Source of the DNA: Candidatus Apopatosoma intestinale
GTDB taxonomy: Bacteria; Bacillota; Clostridia; Oscillospirales; CAG-272
Direction: 5' to 3'
Assembly (NCBI GenBank): GCA_003524145.1
Contig: DODZ01000006.1
Location: forward strand, 3,234 to 67,233
Length of the DNA stretch: 64,000 nt
How positions within the stretch are numbered: position 1 is the first letter of the stretch; each line of letters opens with the position of its first letter. The position numbers and the translations under genes were made by a program. The notes beneath the pieces were generated by a model. It saw only the letters and a program-made list of their open reading frames with translations. It was not told the DNA's origin and ran no database searches. This document shows positions 54,474-64,000 of this stretch, in pieces.

Positions 54474-54503
54474 AATTATACAAAATGAAAATTTTGTATA
54501 ATT
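54474..54503. repeat. perfect 13-bp inverted repeat (4-nt spacer)
   Basis: AATTATACAAAAT-GAAA-ATTTTGTATAATT. Half-site-like TTATACAAAAT recurs at about 54396. Confidence 0.9.
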
Positions 54504-54521
54504 GAGGGAATAGAAATATAT

Positions 54522-54547
54522 AAAAAAGCCCGAAAACGGGCTTTTTT
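54522..54547 (-). terminator. terminator after the flippase gene (symmetrical A6/U6 flanks)
   Basis: AAAAAAGCCCG-AAAA-CGGGCUUUUUU. Confidence 0.75.
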
Positions 54548-54596
54548 CATGCCATAGATGATGTATGCTTCATAAAGGCTTTCGATATTGGCATTT

Positions 54597-56219
54597 TCAC
54601 GCAAAGCTCTTCATACCGAGCTTACCGAGAAATCTGCAAATCTTTTCGCCTTTCGGCAGCATCATAAGTTCTTCTTTCACAATAATCTTCATTGCAAAAA
54701 GCAAAATAAAGTAAACAACTACAGTTATAAGAATTGCAGATAATGTCGCAACGGACTGGCGTGATATTTTATCAATAATCTTAAACGAGGTTATTGTAAA
54801 TACGCTTGAAGCAAGTGTTGCCAAAAACGGTCTGAAAAATGACTTCAATATTTTTATATCAAGATGCACATACTTGGCAACAAAGCAGAAATTCAAAACC
54901 GCCATTACAAAATAGCTGATTACTGTTCCTATTGGCGCTCCGTAAACTCCTACTTGAGGTATGCTTATAAGAATAAAATTAATCACAAGCTTTACAGCCG
55001 CACCGCAAAGCATCGATATTATCGGTTTTCTTTCAAGCCTATGAGACTGGAGTATTGAATTTGTTATCGTCAGCATCGCGGTAAAAAATACCGATATTGA
55101 AAGAATTGACAAAAGCGGTGCCGCACTGTTGACCGATTCCGCCTTTTTCCTGAAAAGCATTGCAAGTATCGGCTTTGATAATATTGACATTCCGATAGCA
55201 CAAGGAATCGATATTATAGCGGCAAATTTAAGCGATGCGTTCATTGCTTTCATGGATTTTTCCGTATTTTTTTCAGCCCTTGTGGAAGCAAGAGCCGGCG
55301 TCAATGCAGATGCTATCGGCACTATAAGTGCTGACGGCAAATGTGTCAGTGTTACTACAAGAGTGCTGTAATTTCCGTAAGCCGCCTCCGCTATAGGTAT
55401 TGATGTATATGATTTCATACAGTTTATTATCGTAACGGAATCTATAATTCCGGTCAGATTAAGCGCAACCGCACTTATGGTTATCGGAACAGCTGTTAAA
55501 ACAAGCTTTCTGAATATGGCTTTTTGCGGCATACATTCATTGCTTTCCTCTATTATGAGATAACCGTAATTCTGCTTATGGAAAAGCTTTGCCGATATAA
55601 GAAAAACCATTCCGGTGCCTACACCTATGCAGATTCCGGCTATGGCATATGCCGCCGCTATTTCTATGCTGTATCCACATGATATCGCATATTTGCAAAG
55701 TACAATGCCTATGGCAAACTTACCTATCGCCTCAATAACTTCGGAAACCGCTGTGGGTGTCATGTTCTGATGACCCTGAAAATAGCCTCTTATGGCACTG
55801 GAAACGCAGATAAAGAAAAGTGTTGGCGCTATTGTGATTATACAGTAATAGCTGTCACGACTGCCCATCAAAGTGGCAAGCGGCTTTGCACCGAGAACCA
55901 TTATCAAAGTCCCTGCTACACCGAGGGCAACAAAAAGCAACAGTGCTGTCGTAAAAATTCGGCGCACTTCTTTTTTTCTGCCAAGCGTTCTGCTGCCTGA
56001 TACCATTATGGAAATAGCTATAGGAAGTCCGGCTGTAGATATCATATAAAGCGTAACAAATATATTATACGCCACATTGAAGTATCCCATTCCGAGATCC
56101 CCGAGATATGAATGAAGCGGAATTTTGAAAAAAAGCCCCATCAGCTTCACGAGCATATTTGAAAACATGAGTATTACAACGCCCGACATCATTCGAGGGG
56201 CTTTTTTTTGCTTTTCCAC
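54597..56219 (-). CDS. MOP-superfamily flippase (SpoVB/MurJ-like polysaccharide biosynthesis protein)
   Basis: 540 aa, about 14 TM helices. The N-terminal pattern LVKLMGLFFKIPL...LG..GMGYFNVAYNIF is typical of SpoVB-like proteins. Confidence 0.7.
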   Translation of the reverse strand: MEKQKKAPRMMSGVVILMFSNMLVKLMGLFFKIPLHSYLGDLGMGYFNVAYNIFVTLYMISTAGLPIAISIMVSGSRTLGRKKEVRRIFTTALLLFVALGVAGTLIMVLGAKPLATLMGSRDSYYCIITIAPTLFFICVSSAIRGYFQGHQNMTPTAVSEVIEAIGKFAIGIVLCKYAISCGYSIEIAAAYAIAGICIGVGTGMVFLISAKLFHKQNYGYLIIEESNECMPQKAIFRKLVLTAVPITISAVALNLTGIIDSVTIINCMKSYTSIPIAEAAYGNYSTLVVTLTHLPSALIVPIASALTPALASTRAEKNTEKSMKAMNASLKFAAIISIPCAIGMSILSKPILAMLFRKKAESVNSAAPLLSILSISVFFTAMLTITNSILQSHRLERKPIISMLCGAAVKLVINFILISIPQVGVYGAPIGTVISYFVMAVLNFCFVAKYVHLDIKILKSFFRPFLATLASSVFTITSFKIIDKISRQSVATLSAILITVVVYFILLFAMKIIVKEELMMLPKGEKICRFLGKLGMKSFA

Positions 56220-56243
56220 CTTGAAAATCTCCTTAAATAACGG

Positions 56244-57143
56244 TCAGCGACCGATAAATTCACGGAAAACAGAGTTTTCCGGCACAAGCGACGACGGAAT
56301 CACAGGTACGTTTTTGAATTTTTCTTCAAAAAAATTGTATAATTCAGTTTCATCCTTGACCGAAAAATCATACATTTTTTTATCTAAAATATATGGTTTT
56401 ATGACATTTATTTCATAAAGCATGAGCGTATTTATAAAGAAATCGGCATTTTTGGCATTTGGAAAAATGTTTTCATCCTCATTTTTCGCAACACCGTCCC
56501 ATAGCTTCATTGTAAGCGAGACCGATGCACCGCGGAAGTAAAAATCACGCACAATACGACGGAAAAGACGTATTTCTCTTGCTTCAAAATAACTTCCGTA
56601 TGCCGAAATATTATCGTGCACGCCTATATAGATTGCCCTGGTTGCTCTCTTCGGAAGAAGCGACATTATCTCGGGATACATAGCCTGTATTCCTTCAAAT
56701 ACGATAAATTCGTTTCTGCTCGGATGGTAGTCGGTATATCCGCTCCGCATTCCGAGCTGAAAATCGTATTTCGGAAGCCTTGCAGGCTTTTCTGCGAGTA
56801 TATCGGATATGCAAACAACAAAATAGTTCAGATCTATGGCGGATGCCGCTTCATAATTCGGTATTTTATCTTTTGAAATATCGTCTCTGCTACGGTAAAA
56901 GTCGTCAATCGATATGATTTTGGCGGTTTTTCCGAATTTTTTCATTTCATCCTCGAGGATAAATGATGTGGTTGTTTTTCCCGAGCAGGATGCACCCGAG
57001 AGCATTATAAAGCGCTCTTCCCTGTTTTTGCAGATTTCTCTTGCCGCGTTTCTGACCTGAGCTTCGTATTTGCTTTCACAATCCAAAACAAAGCTCTTCA
57101 TTTCTTCCTGATCAGCAAATTTCAGATTATGCTGTATCATCAA
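56244..57143 (-). CDS. uridine-kinase/PRK-family P-loop nucleoside kinase-like protein
   Basis: Walker A GASCSGKTT followed by ISIDDFY. 299 aa. Confidence 0.65.
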   Translation of the reverse strand: MMIQHNLKFADQEEMKSFVLDCESKYEAQVRNAAREICKNREERFIMLSGASCSGKTTTSFILEDEMKKFGKTAKIISIDDFYRSRDDISKDKIPNYEAASAIDLNYFVVCISDILAEKPARLPKYDFQLGMRSGYTDYHPSRNEFIVFEGIQAMYPEIMSLLPKRATRAIYIGVHDNISAYGSYFEAREIRLFRRIVRDFYFRGASVSLTMKLWDGVAKNEDENIFPNAKNADFFINTLMLYEINVIKPYILDKKMYDFSVKDETELYNFFEEKFKNVPVIPSSLVPENSVFREFIGR

Positions 57144-57157
57144 ATAACCTCCTGTTT

Positions 57158-58639
57158 TTAACTGATATTATTATAAAAGCTGATTATTTTCTCTTTTTTG
57201 TCCTTTTCACGCTGTTCATTTTCATCCGAAAGGTATTCATAAGGATATTTGTATTCAAATATCCTGTCAATTTTGCCTGATTTTCTGTCTACAAGCTTAG
57301 AGACAGCACCTGCTCCTATGGCAAATATGCTATGTATCTCTTCCATCATGTATATATTGTATTTTCCTTCGCAACCCGGCAGGCAGAAGCCTACATTTTC
57401 AAGATTGTCCACGGTATTTTTCTGCCTGTACATATAATAAGGAATATACCCGGCATTTTTGACTGCGAGATGCGCATAGTCCACAAGCTTGGTGGCTACA
57501 TTTTCGCCTCTGTCATATATATATGAACGCTTCTGCGAAAAATCTGCCGCATTTTTTATACACAGCGTGTGTACCGTGAGATTTTCCGGATGCAGTCGTG
57601 TCATCTCGTCAACTGTTGATGAAAAGCTTCCGAAGCCTTCACCCGGAAGCCCCGCAATGAGGTCTGTATTTATCTGCGGTATGCCGATGCTTCTGGCAAG
57701 CTCAAACGCGCGGTAAAAATCAGCGGCTGTATGTTTTCTTCCTATAAGCTCAAGCACCTCATCATTGAGCGTCTGCGTATTTATACTGATGCGTGTAGCG
57801 CCGTATTTCTTTATAACCTCAAGCTTTTCTTTGGTTATTGTATCGGGACGACCTGCCTCAACGGTAAATTCTTCAACTCCCGACATGTCTACATTTTCGG
57901 ATATAACGGAAAGAAGTTTTTCGAGCTGAGAGGCGCTGAGAGTCGTTGGCGTTCCTCCGCCAATATAGACTGTCGCCACGGTGAGACCGAGTGACTTAAT
58001 AAGAGCCGCCTGCTCGGCTATATCTCGGCAAAGCTGCTCGAGATATCCGTCAAGAAGCCCCAAAAGCTTAGGCGAAGTGTATGATACAAACGAGCAATAG
58101 CTGCATCTTGATGGGCAGAAAGGTATGGAAATATATATGCTGCAGGCGTTTTCCGGTGCGACGGCGATGATTTTCTTTTCGAGATATGCTGTATCGCAGG
58201 CAAGTGCCGCCTTTTTTGCATTCACGAAGTATTCCTTTGTGAATATTGAGCGAACCTCTGCCTTTGTAGCACCGTTCATAAGCTCCTGAAGAGCGAGCTT
58301 TGCGGGACGCACACCGGTAAGTATTCCCCATTGCGGCACCTTGCCGACAAGCTTCTTTCCTGCATTGAAAAATGCTTTTCCGACAGCAATTTTTCTTGTT
58401 TTATCAAGTGTTTCGCTATCCGAAAAAGGCTCGAAGAACGAGCGCTCCACATTTTTACCAAGGTGAGATATGTTGACTTTAGCCGTTATTCCGTCTACGC
58501 TTTCCTCGATTGAAACGGATGCGGACGGAGATTCGGCATCTGTCTGCTTAGCCGCGGAAAATTTCTCTCCCGGGAAAAACAGCATACAAAGCGTCTGTAT
58601 ATAATATTCATTTATTTCGCCGTTTATATTTAATATCAT
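57158..58639 (-). CDS. hemZ: HemN-family radical SAM protein (HemZ-like coproporphyrinogen dehydrogenase homolog)
   Basis: Radical SAM CPSRCSYCSF motif. 493 aa. Clostridial synteny next to dtd and relA. Confidence 0.7.
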   Translation of the reverse strand: MILNINGEINEYYIQTLCMLFFPGEKFSAAKQTDAESPSASVSIEESVDGITAKVNISHLGKNVERSFFEPFSDSETLDKTRKIAVGKAFFNAGKKLVGKVPQWGILTGVRPAKLALQELMNGATKAEVRSIFTKEYFVNAKKAALACDTAYLEKKIIAVAPENACSIYISIPFCPSRCSYCSFVSYTSPKLLGLLDGYLEQLCRDIAEQAALIKSLGLTVATVYIGGGTPTTLSASQLEKLLSVISENVDMSGVEEFTVEAGRPDTITKEKLEVIKKYGATRISINTQTLNDEVLELIGRKHTAADFYRAFELARSIGIPQINTDLIAGLPGEGFGSFSSTVDEMTRLHPENLTVHTLCIKNAADFSQKRSYIYDRGENVATKLVDYAHLAVKNAGYIPYYMYRQKNTVDNLENVGFCLPGCEGKYNIYMMEEIHSIFAIGAGAVSKLVDRKSGKIDRIFEYKYPYEYLSDENEQREKDKKEKIISFYNNIS

Positions 58640-58645
58640 AAAAAT

Positions 58646-59104
58646 TCATCCTTTATTTTGCAGAATTTCACTGTCCATAACTATTGTTACAGGTCCGTCA
58701 TTTCTGATATCAAGCTGCATATATGCGCCGAAAACACCGCATTGCACATCCGGTATCTCTTTTTTAAGACATGAAACGAAGTATTCATAAAGTTCATTTG
58801 CCCGCTCCGGCGCTTCGCTTGTAAAATAATCCGGCCGATTTCCGTGTGCATAGTTGGCATACAGAGTGAAATTGGAGACAACAAGCGCACTGCCGCAAAC
58901 ATCTTTTACGGACAAATTCATTTTATCGTTCTCGTCGGAAAATATGCGAAGCTTTGATATTTTTAGCGCAAGAAGTTCTGCATCTCTTTCGCTGTCGCCT
59001 TTTTTAACTCCGAAAAGTATTGTAAGCCCCTTCCCTATTCTGCCTGTCAGCACGCCGTCTGCGACGACCTGCGATGATGAAACACGCTGTATGACAGCTC
59101 TCAT
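58646..59104 (-). CDS. dtd: D-aminoacyl-tRNA deacylase
   Basis: 152 aa from MRAVIQRVSS, with the SNFTLYA motif. The track ORF extends further upstream to 59155. Confidence 0.85.
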   Translation of the reverse strand: MRAVIQRVSSSQVVADGVLTGRIGKGLTILFGVKKGDSERDAELLALKISKLRIFSDENDKMNLSVKDVCGSALVVSNFTLYANYAHGNRPDYFTSEAPERANELYEYFVSCLKKEIPDVQCGVFGAYMQLDIRNDGPVTIVMDSEILQNKG

Positions 59105-59117
59105 TTTCAGTCTCCTT

Positions 59118-61325
59118 TTATGAAGTATATCCGCGTTCAATGGAATATACGCCATTTATATTTTTGATTCTTGAAACAATGCTGAGATAATGATCGAGAT
59201 TCTTGCATGCGACGCCGATGCTGATTATGCACTGACCGTCGCTTTTTGTCTGCGTATTTATCTGGAGTATTGAAACACGCATTTCCGCAAGAGCCGATGT
59301 AATATCAGCAAGCATGGAAATTCTGTTTTCGGCAAAAATGCGCATTACGGCTTCATACTGCCCTCCCGCGGCATCTCCTCCGCCGGAAGCCTTGCGCCAT
59401 TCCACGCGCACAAATCTGTCCGGATTGTCTTTCATTGATGCGAGAGCATTTTTGCAGTCGCATTTGTGAACGGAAATGCCGTATCCCTTTGTGATGAAGC
59501 CGATTATATTGTCACCGGGGAGCGGATTGCAGCACTTTGCAAACTTTACCTGACAGCCCTCAAGCCCATCAACGGCGACACCGTTGTAGCTTCCTCTTGA
59601 GTATGGTTTCTGTACTGTCTGAACCTGAGAAGCATCTGTTATCGGTTCTTCTGCCGGCGGTGCCACCACGCGATCAAATTCATCGCGTATGCGCGCCGAT
59701 ATCTTTGATATGGAAAGCCCTCCGTAGCCAAGCATATTGAAAAGCTCAAGCGCGTTGTTCATGCCGCAGCGCAAAGCTATATTTTCGGAAATCCTCTCAA
59801 ACTGCTCGTCGGTATAGGTTCTTCCGTAGTGCTTCAGCTCGGAAACGAAAGCGTTCCTGCCCTCGGCAATATTTTCATCGCGCTTTTCCTTTTTGAACCA
59901 CTGACGTATCTTTGCCTTGGCTTCGCTTGTTTTTACAATGTTAAGCCAGTCGCGGCTAGGGCCCTTTGCCGAGGATGAGGTCAGTATCTCTACAATTTCT
60001 CCGTTTTTCAGTTCCCTGTCTATCGGAACTATCATTCCGTTTACCTTGGCACCGATCATTCTGTTTCCGACAGCAGAATGGATATGATAGGCAAAATCTA
60101 TGCATGTAGAATTCTGCGGCAGGTTGACAACATCGCCCTTCGGCGTGAAAACAAATGTTTCATCCTGAAAAATATCTATCTTTATCGCCTCAAGAAAATC
60201 GTCATGATCCGCTGTGGTAGATTCATCTTCAACAAGTTTTGCTATCCATTCAAGCTTCTTGTCTATATCCTCTTTTGTTCTGTCGCCGGATTTGTATTTC
60301 CAGTGGGCGGCGATACCGTATTCGGCGATATGATGCATTTCCCATGTACGTATCTGCACCTCAAAGGGAATGCCGTCTCTGCCTATGACAGTGGTATGAA
60401 GTGAGCTGTACATATTTGCCTTAGGAGTTGAGATATAATCCTTGAAGCGTCCGGGAATGGAATTGTACATCTCATGAATATATCCGAGAGCGCTGTAGCA
60501 TTCCGAAACGGTATTTACAATGATTCGCACTGCATAGAAATCATATATTTCGTCAAAGTTCTTATTCTGTTGATACATCTTACGATATATACTGTAAACT
60601 GATTTTACACGTCCCTCTATTGTAACATCAAGACCGTTTTTCTTCAGATATTCGGTAATGCTTTTCTTTGTATTCTCGATAAAGCCGCGATTTCTGCCGT
60701 ATTTCTTATCTATATCGTCACGCACCTCATCATAGCCTATGGGATCTAAATATGAAAGTGCCAGATTTTCCAGCTCCTGCTTTATTTTCTGCATACCGAG
60801 ACGATGAGCAAGCGGTGCATAAACATGCATTGTCTCAAGGGCTATTCTCCTGCGCTTGCTCTCCTCTTGCGCATCGAGTGTACGCATATTGTGAAGTCTG
60901 TCCGCAAGCTTGATGAAGATAACGCGGATATCCTTCGCCATGGCAAAGAACATTTTGCGAAGATTCTCCATATGCTCGTCCTCTTTATCCTCGAAAGGAA
61001 TACGGACAAGCTTTGTAAGCCCATCCACAAGCTCGGCTACACTGTCACCGAAGAGCTTGCGTATCTTATCAATGTCTGTCTTATCAGAGCAGTCCTCGAC
61101 AGTATCGTGCAGGAGCGCAGCGCAGATGGAATCTGTATCGAGCCCCAGCCCCGCAACTATTTCCGCTACGGCAACGGGATGATTTATATATTCCTCGCCG
61201 CTCTTCCGATATTGCCCGCTGTGCATCTCGCGGGCATATTCATATGCTTTTTTTATCTTTTCGGTATTATAGGTCTTGCCCGTACTTTCAAGTATGAACA
61301 TAAGCCTGTCTATATCGTAAAACAT
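59118..61325 (-). CDS. relA: bifunctional (p)ppGpp synthetase/hydrolase (RelA/SpoT homolog)
   Basis: HD hydrolase motif (HPVAVA...LLHDTVED), synthetase domain (YSSLHTTV...EVQIRT), and TGS and ACT regions. 735 aa. Confidence 0.9.
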   Translation of the reverse strand: MFYDIDRLMFILESTGKTYNTEKIKKAYEYAREMHSGQYRKSGEEYINHPVAVAEIVAGLGLDTDSICAALLHDTVEDCSDKTDIDKIRKLFGDSVAELVDGLTKLVRIPFEDKEDEHMENLRKMFFAMAKDIRVIFIKLADRLHNMRTLDAQEESKRRRIALETMHVYAPLAHRLGMQKIKQELENLALSYLDPIGYDEVRDDIDKKYGRNRGFIENTKKSITEYLKKNGLDVTIEGRVKSVYSIYRKMYQQNKNFDEIYDFYAVRIIVNTVSECYSALGYIHEMYNSIPGRFKDYISTPKANMYSSLHTTVIGRDGIPFEVQIRTWEMHHIAEYGIAAHWKYKSGDRTKEDIDKKLEWIAKLVEDESTTADHDDFLEAIKIDIFQDETFVFTPKGDVVNLPQNSTCIDFAYHIHSAVGNRMIGAKVNGMIVPIDRELKNGEIVEILTSSSAKGPSRDWLNIVKTSEAKAKIRQWFKKEKRDENIAEGRNAFVSELKHYGRTYTDEQFERISENIALRCGMNNALELFNMLGYGGLSISKISARIRDEFDRVVAPPAEEPITDASQVQTVQKPYSRGSYNGVAVDGLEGCQVKFAKCCNPLPGDNIIGFITKGYGISVHKCDCKNALASMKDNPDRFVRVEWRKASGGGDAAGGQYEAVMRIFAENRISMLADITSALAEMRVSILQINTQTKSDGQCIISIGVACKNLDHYLSIVSRIKNINGVYSIERGYTS

Positions 61326-61349
61326 CTTTTTTCTCCCGACTCCGGTGGG

Positions 61350-63467
61350 TCACTCTGTTTTTATCCCATTCAAGAGTCTGTTATTTATAATATCTGTTTT
61401 TTCCGTTACCTTCGGTAATGAAAAAGAATACGTCATTCCGCTGCATTTATCAGCTGTTATAAGCCCGGCATCGATAAACACAGCCATCATTATTTTCAGT
61501 TTGACAAAAGAAACCGACGGGAGCGCACGAAGCACCGCCTTTATATTGATTTCCGTGCCCTTGGCAGGTGCGTTCTTTTGCAGAAATTTATAGAAAAGCA
61601 CAAAGTCACCGCGATCCGGATAATCCTCTGCCTCGCAGACTTCTCTGCCTAAAATGACCTTTTCGGCATATTCCTCGGCTTCTATATATTCGAGCAGAGT
61701 CTCTTTCCCGAAACGTATTTCCTTTGCCATCATCTGAATTGATGACATCCCGCGGAATTCATTTATATCGAGACTAAAGACTATATCCGCGCTGTCGCCG
61801 CATTCGTAGCCCTCTGAGATCAGGTTTCTGCCGAATAAAAGCGCAGGAACAAGCATATCGCCTGATTTTATCATCAGTTTTGTATGCTTATCTTCCTTGA
61901 GAAGCGTTATATCGTCTATTTGGGCATTTTTCAGAAGGAATACCGGCGCAGGATTGCCTGCACCGTACGGTTCGAGACGCATAAGCTCGTTTGCCTCTAC
62001 CATATTGATATCGCTCTCCGAAACCTCACAGTCTATCTCACAGACAGGCTCAGGCATGCCTGCAGCAAAAGCATCGCTTGCATAAGCATTTATCGCCTCG
62101 CGGAAAGCATCTACATTGCCGCGCTCAATTGTAAGTCCCGCCGCAAGCTCATGCCCGCCGAACTTGGTAAGCAGCTTGCTACATGCGGAAAAAGCAGCGA
62201 ATATATCAAAGCCGATAACACTTCTGGCACTTCCTCTGCCTTCATCCGAGTCTTTGGCAAAAGATATAAGCACGCATGGCTTGCCATAGCGCTCGGTTAT
62301 CTTCGAGGCAACTATGCCGATTACGCCGTGATGCCAGTTGTCGCCGGATATCACGAGCACATCACATTCAGCGGCATGAGGGTTTTTAAAAAGAAAAGTC
62401 TCGGCTTCCTTTAATATGGAATTTTCCAGTACCTGCCGCTCACGGTTAAAGGCACAAAGCTCTTCCGCTATGGCATCTGCAAGCATCGGAGACTCCGTCA
62501 TGAAAAGTTGAACTGCTCTTCCCGCATCGCCCATGCGCCCCGCCGCATTTATGCGAGGTGCCACCCCGAAGGCTATGGAAGAGACGGAAATACGCTTCAG
62601 CACGCTTTTTCTGTTGCGCCCCGAGTCTGTTTCTATTCCCGCGGCACATAGGAGCGATTTCATGCTGACATCCTCTGTGCCGCGCAAAAGCCCCAGACCT
62701 ATATGGATTATTATTCGGTTCTCTCCCGTTACGGGCATTACATCGGCTATCGTGCCGATTGCCGCGAGGCTGATATATGAGCGACACATATCCTTGACTG
62801 TATCGAGATTATACTTTCCGTCGTTCTCGCGGGCAAGCTCCAGTGCACATATCAGCTTGAAGGCGACACCAACGCCTGCCAGATCCTTATATGGATATCC
62901 GCAGTCTGCTCTGTGCGGATTTATCACGGCGACGGCATCTGGCAGAATCTCGGGGCACTGATGATGGTCTGTTATAACGGTATCTACGCCGAGACTCTTT
63001 GCGTATTCGACCTCGCTTACCGCCGTTATACCTGTATCTACGGTTATAATAAGCTTCGTGCCGCTCGCGGCTATCGTATCAATCGCATCGCGGCTCATGC
63101 CGTAGCCCTCGTATTCGCGTGAAGGAATATAAAAATCGGCAGATATTCCGCGATCGCGAAAATATCGCAAAAGCATCGACACGGATGTCACACCGTCGGC
63201 ATCGTAATCACCGTATACCGTGATTTTTTCGTTGCCTTCCGTGGCCCTCATTATTCTTGCGACAGCTGCATCCATATCCTTCATCAGAAAAGGATCGTGA
63301 AGAAAGCTCTCTGATTTATCTATAAAAATTTTTGCGCTCTGCGGGTCTTTGTAGCCCCTGTTGCAGAGTACGCGGGCAGTGACAGGTGAAACGCCGAGCG
63401 TTTTGCAGAGTGTCGATACCTCATCTTCGTCCTGCTCACAAATTATCCACTTTTTTTCTTTTTTCAT
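61350..63467 (-). CDS. recJ: single-stranded-DNA-specific exonuclease RecJ
   Basis: DHH motifs (YGDYDADGV, VITDHHQ) and DHHA1 GGHELAAG. 705 aa. Confidence 0.9.
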   Translation of the reverse strand: MKKEKKWIICEQDEDEVSTLCKTLGVSPVTARVLCNRGYKDPQSAKIFIDKSESFLHDPFLMKDMDAAVARIMRATEGNEKITVYGDYDADGVTSVSMLLRYFRDRGISADFYIPSREYEGYGMSRDAIDTIAASGTKLIITVDTGITAVSEVEYAKSLGVDTVITDHHQCPEILPDAVAVINPHRADCGYPYKDLAGVGVAFKLICALELARENDGKYNLDTVKDMCRSYISLAAIGTIADVMPVTGENRIIIHIGLGLLRGTEDVSMKSLLCAAGIETDSGRNRKSVLKRISVSSIAFGVAPRINAAGRMGDAGRAVQLFMTESPMLADAIAEELCAFNRERQVLENSILKEAETFLFKNPHAAECDVLVISGDNWHHGVIGIVASKITERYGKPCVLISFAKDSDEGRGSARSVIGFDIFAAFSACSKLLTKFGGHELAAGLTIERGNVDAFREAINAYASDAFAAGMPEPVCEIDCEVSESDINMVEANELMRLEPYGAGNPAPVFLLKNAQIDDITLLKEDKHTKLMIKSGDMLVPALLFGRNLISEGYECGDSADIVFSLDINEFRGMSSIQMMAKEIRFGKETLLEYIEAEEYAEKVILGREVCEAEDYPDRGDFVLFYKFLQKNAPAKGTEINIKAVLRALPSVSFVKLKIMMAVFIDAGLITADKCSGMTYSFSLPKVTEKTDIINNRLLNGIKTE

Positions 63468-63514
63468 GGATAGTCCGTCCTCTCATTGTATCATTAGGTA
63501 TTGCCAAATGCAGG

Positions 63515-64000
63515 TCAGTACTTCGGCGGTTTATATTTCGCCATGAGGGAAAGCGCCATATTTATGCCGTCCACAGCGGCACTTGTTATTCCTCCGGCGT
63601 AGCCTGCACCCTCTCCTCCTACATAGAGATTTTTATAGTTTTGTGCTGTGTAATTTTTTTCTCTGCATATACGTATCGGAGATGAGGTTCTCGTTTCGGG
63701 CGCAGTTATCAGTGCATCATCAGAGTCAAAGCCGTGCAGTTTTTTTCCGAAATCTGCAATACCGGCTTTCAGTGACTCGGTAACAAACTCAGGAAAAACA
63801 CGCCCAACATCGGTAAATGTCACATTTCCCATCATATATGTCGGCTCCACATCGCCTATCGTATTGCGACAGCCGGCTCTGCCGAGAAAGTTGCCTACAC
63901 TCTGACACGGCGCGGCGTATCCTCTGCCGCCTATATCAAATGCAGCACTCTCTATCCTGCGTTGAAAATTTATTGCACCAGCTACCGTGCCGCCGAAATC
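63515..64000 (-). CDS. FAD-dependent protein, C-terminal part (CDS continues beyond the window edge)
   Basis: The frame stays open to position 64000 (...DFGGTVAGAINFQRRIESAAFDIGGRGYAAP...). The C-terminal GGEGAGYAGGITSAAVDG is typical of COG2509-type NAD(FAD)-dependent dehydrogenases. Confidence 0.65.
   Translation of the reverse strand, partial: DFGGTVAGAINFQRRIESAAFDIGGRGYAAPCQSVGNFLGRAGCRNTIGDVEPTYMMGNVTFTDVGRVFPEFVTESLKAGIADFGKKLHGFDSDDALITAPETRTSSPIRICREKNYTAQNYKNLYVGGEGAGYAGGITSAAVDGINMALSLMAKYKPPKY

Noticed and set aside
1-64000. Search for CRISPR arrays, tRNA/rRNA genes, prophage or defence islands (restriction-modification, toxin-antitoxin, retron, CBASS-like).
   Set aside because: I found no short direct-repeat/spacer arrays, no cloverleaf-like or rRNA-like segments in the intergenic regions, and no phage structural, integrase, reverse-transcriptase, methyltransferase or nuclease-NTPase gene pairs. 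Apart from one IS element the window looks like core chromosome. This conclusion is limited to inspection by eye.

Overview
This 64-kb chromosomal segment appears to come from a spore-forming, H2-metabolising Clostridia-type Firmicute. That placement is an inference from spoVAC/AD/AE, ricT, a SpoVB-like flippase, [FeFe]-hydrogenase genes and mid-range GC judged by eye. I call about 60 protein-coding genes. I found no rRNA, tRNA or CRISPR array. Content in order: ZIP metal transporter; GH78 rhamnosidase; amino-acid ABC importer; a 1034-aa putative glycoside hydrolase; an ABC exporter-DUF1854-DarA-like-unknown operon; a CUT1-type ABC importer translationally coupled to a staphylococcal-nuclease-type lipoprotein and a 3x OB-fold repeat lipoprotein; an isolated Na+-decarboxylase beta/gamma pair behind a riboswitch-like leader; asnA; a TetR-membrane-Vat (streptogramin acetyltransferase-like) operon; a sensory [FeFe]-hydrogenase (HydS-type) cluster with an APH-fold kinase, two thioredoxin-like [2Fe-2S] proteins, a PP2C phosphatase and a second hydrogenase; a LysR gene next to a decayed region; an HMA metal-binding gene with a structured leader; Gdh; an Sfp-type PPTase; a Ca/Na antiporter; an ATP-grasp/Asp-racemase/MurE cell-wall cluster; spoVA; darA-holB-ricT; one IS5-family insertion with an 8-bp target duplication; uppP; and the recJ-relA-dtd-hemZ block. 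The most unusual candidates are the DarA-paralog-containing ABC operon, the nuclease-coupled ABC importer, the H2-sensor signalling cluster with a non-canonical kinase, and two unassigned structured 5' leaders. All functional calls rest on motif recognition by eye and recalled family knowledge. No database search was run.
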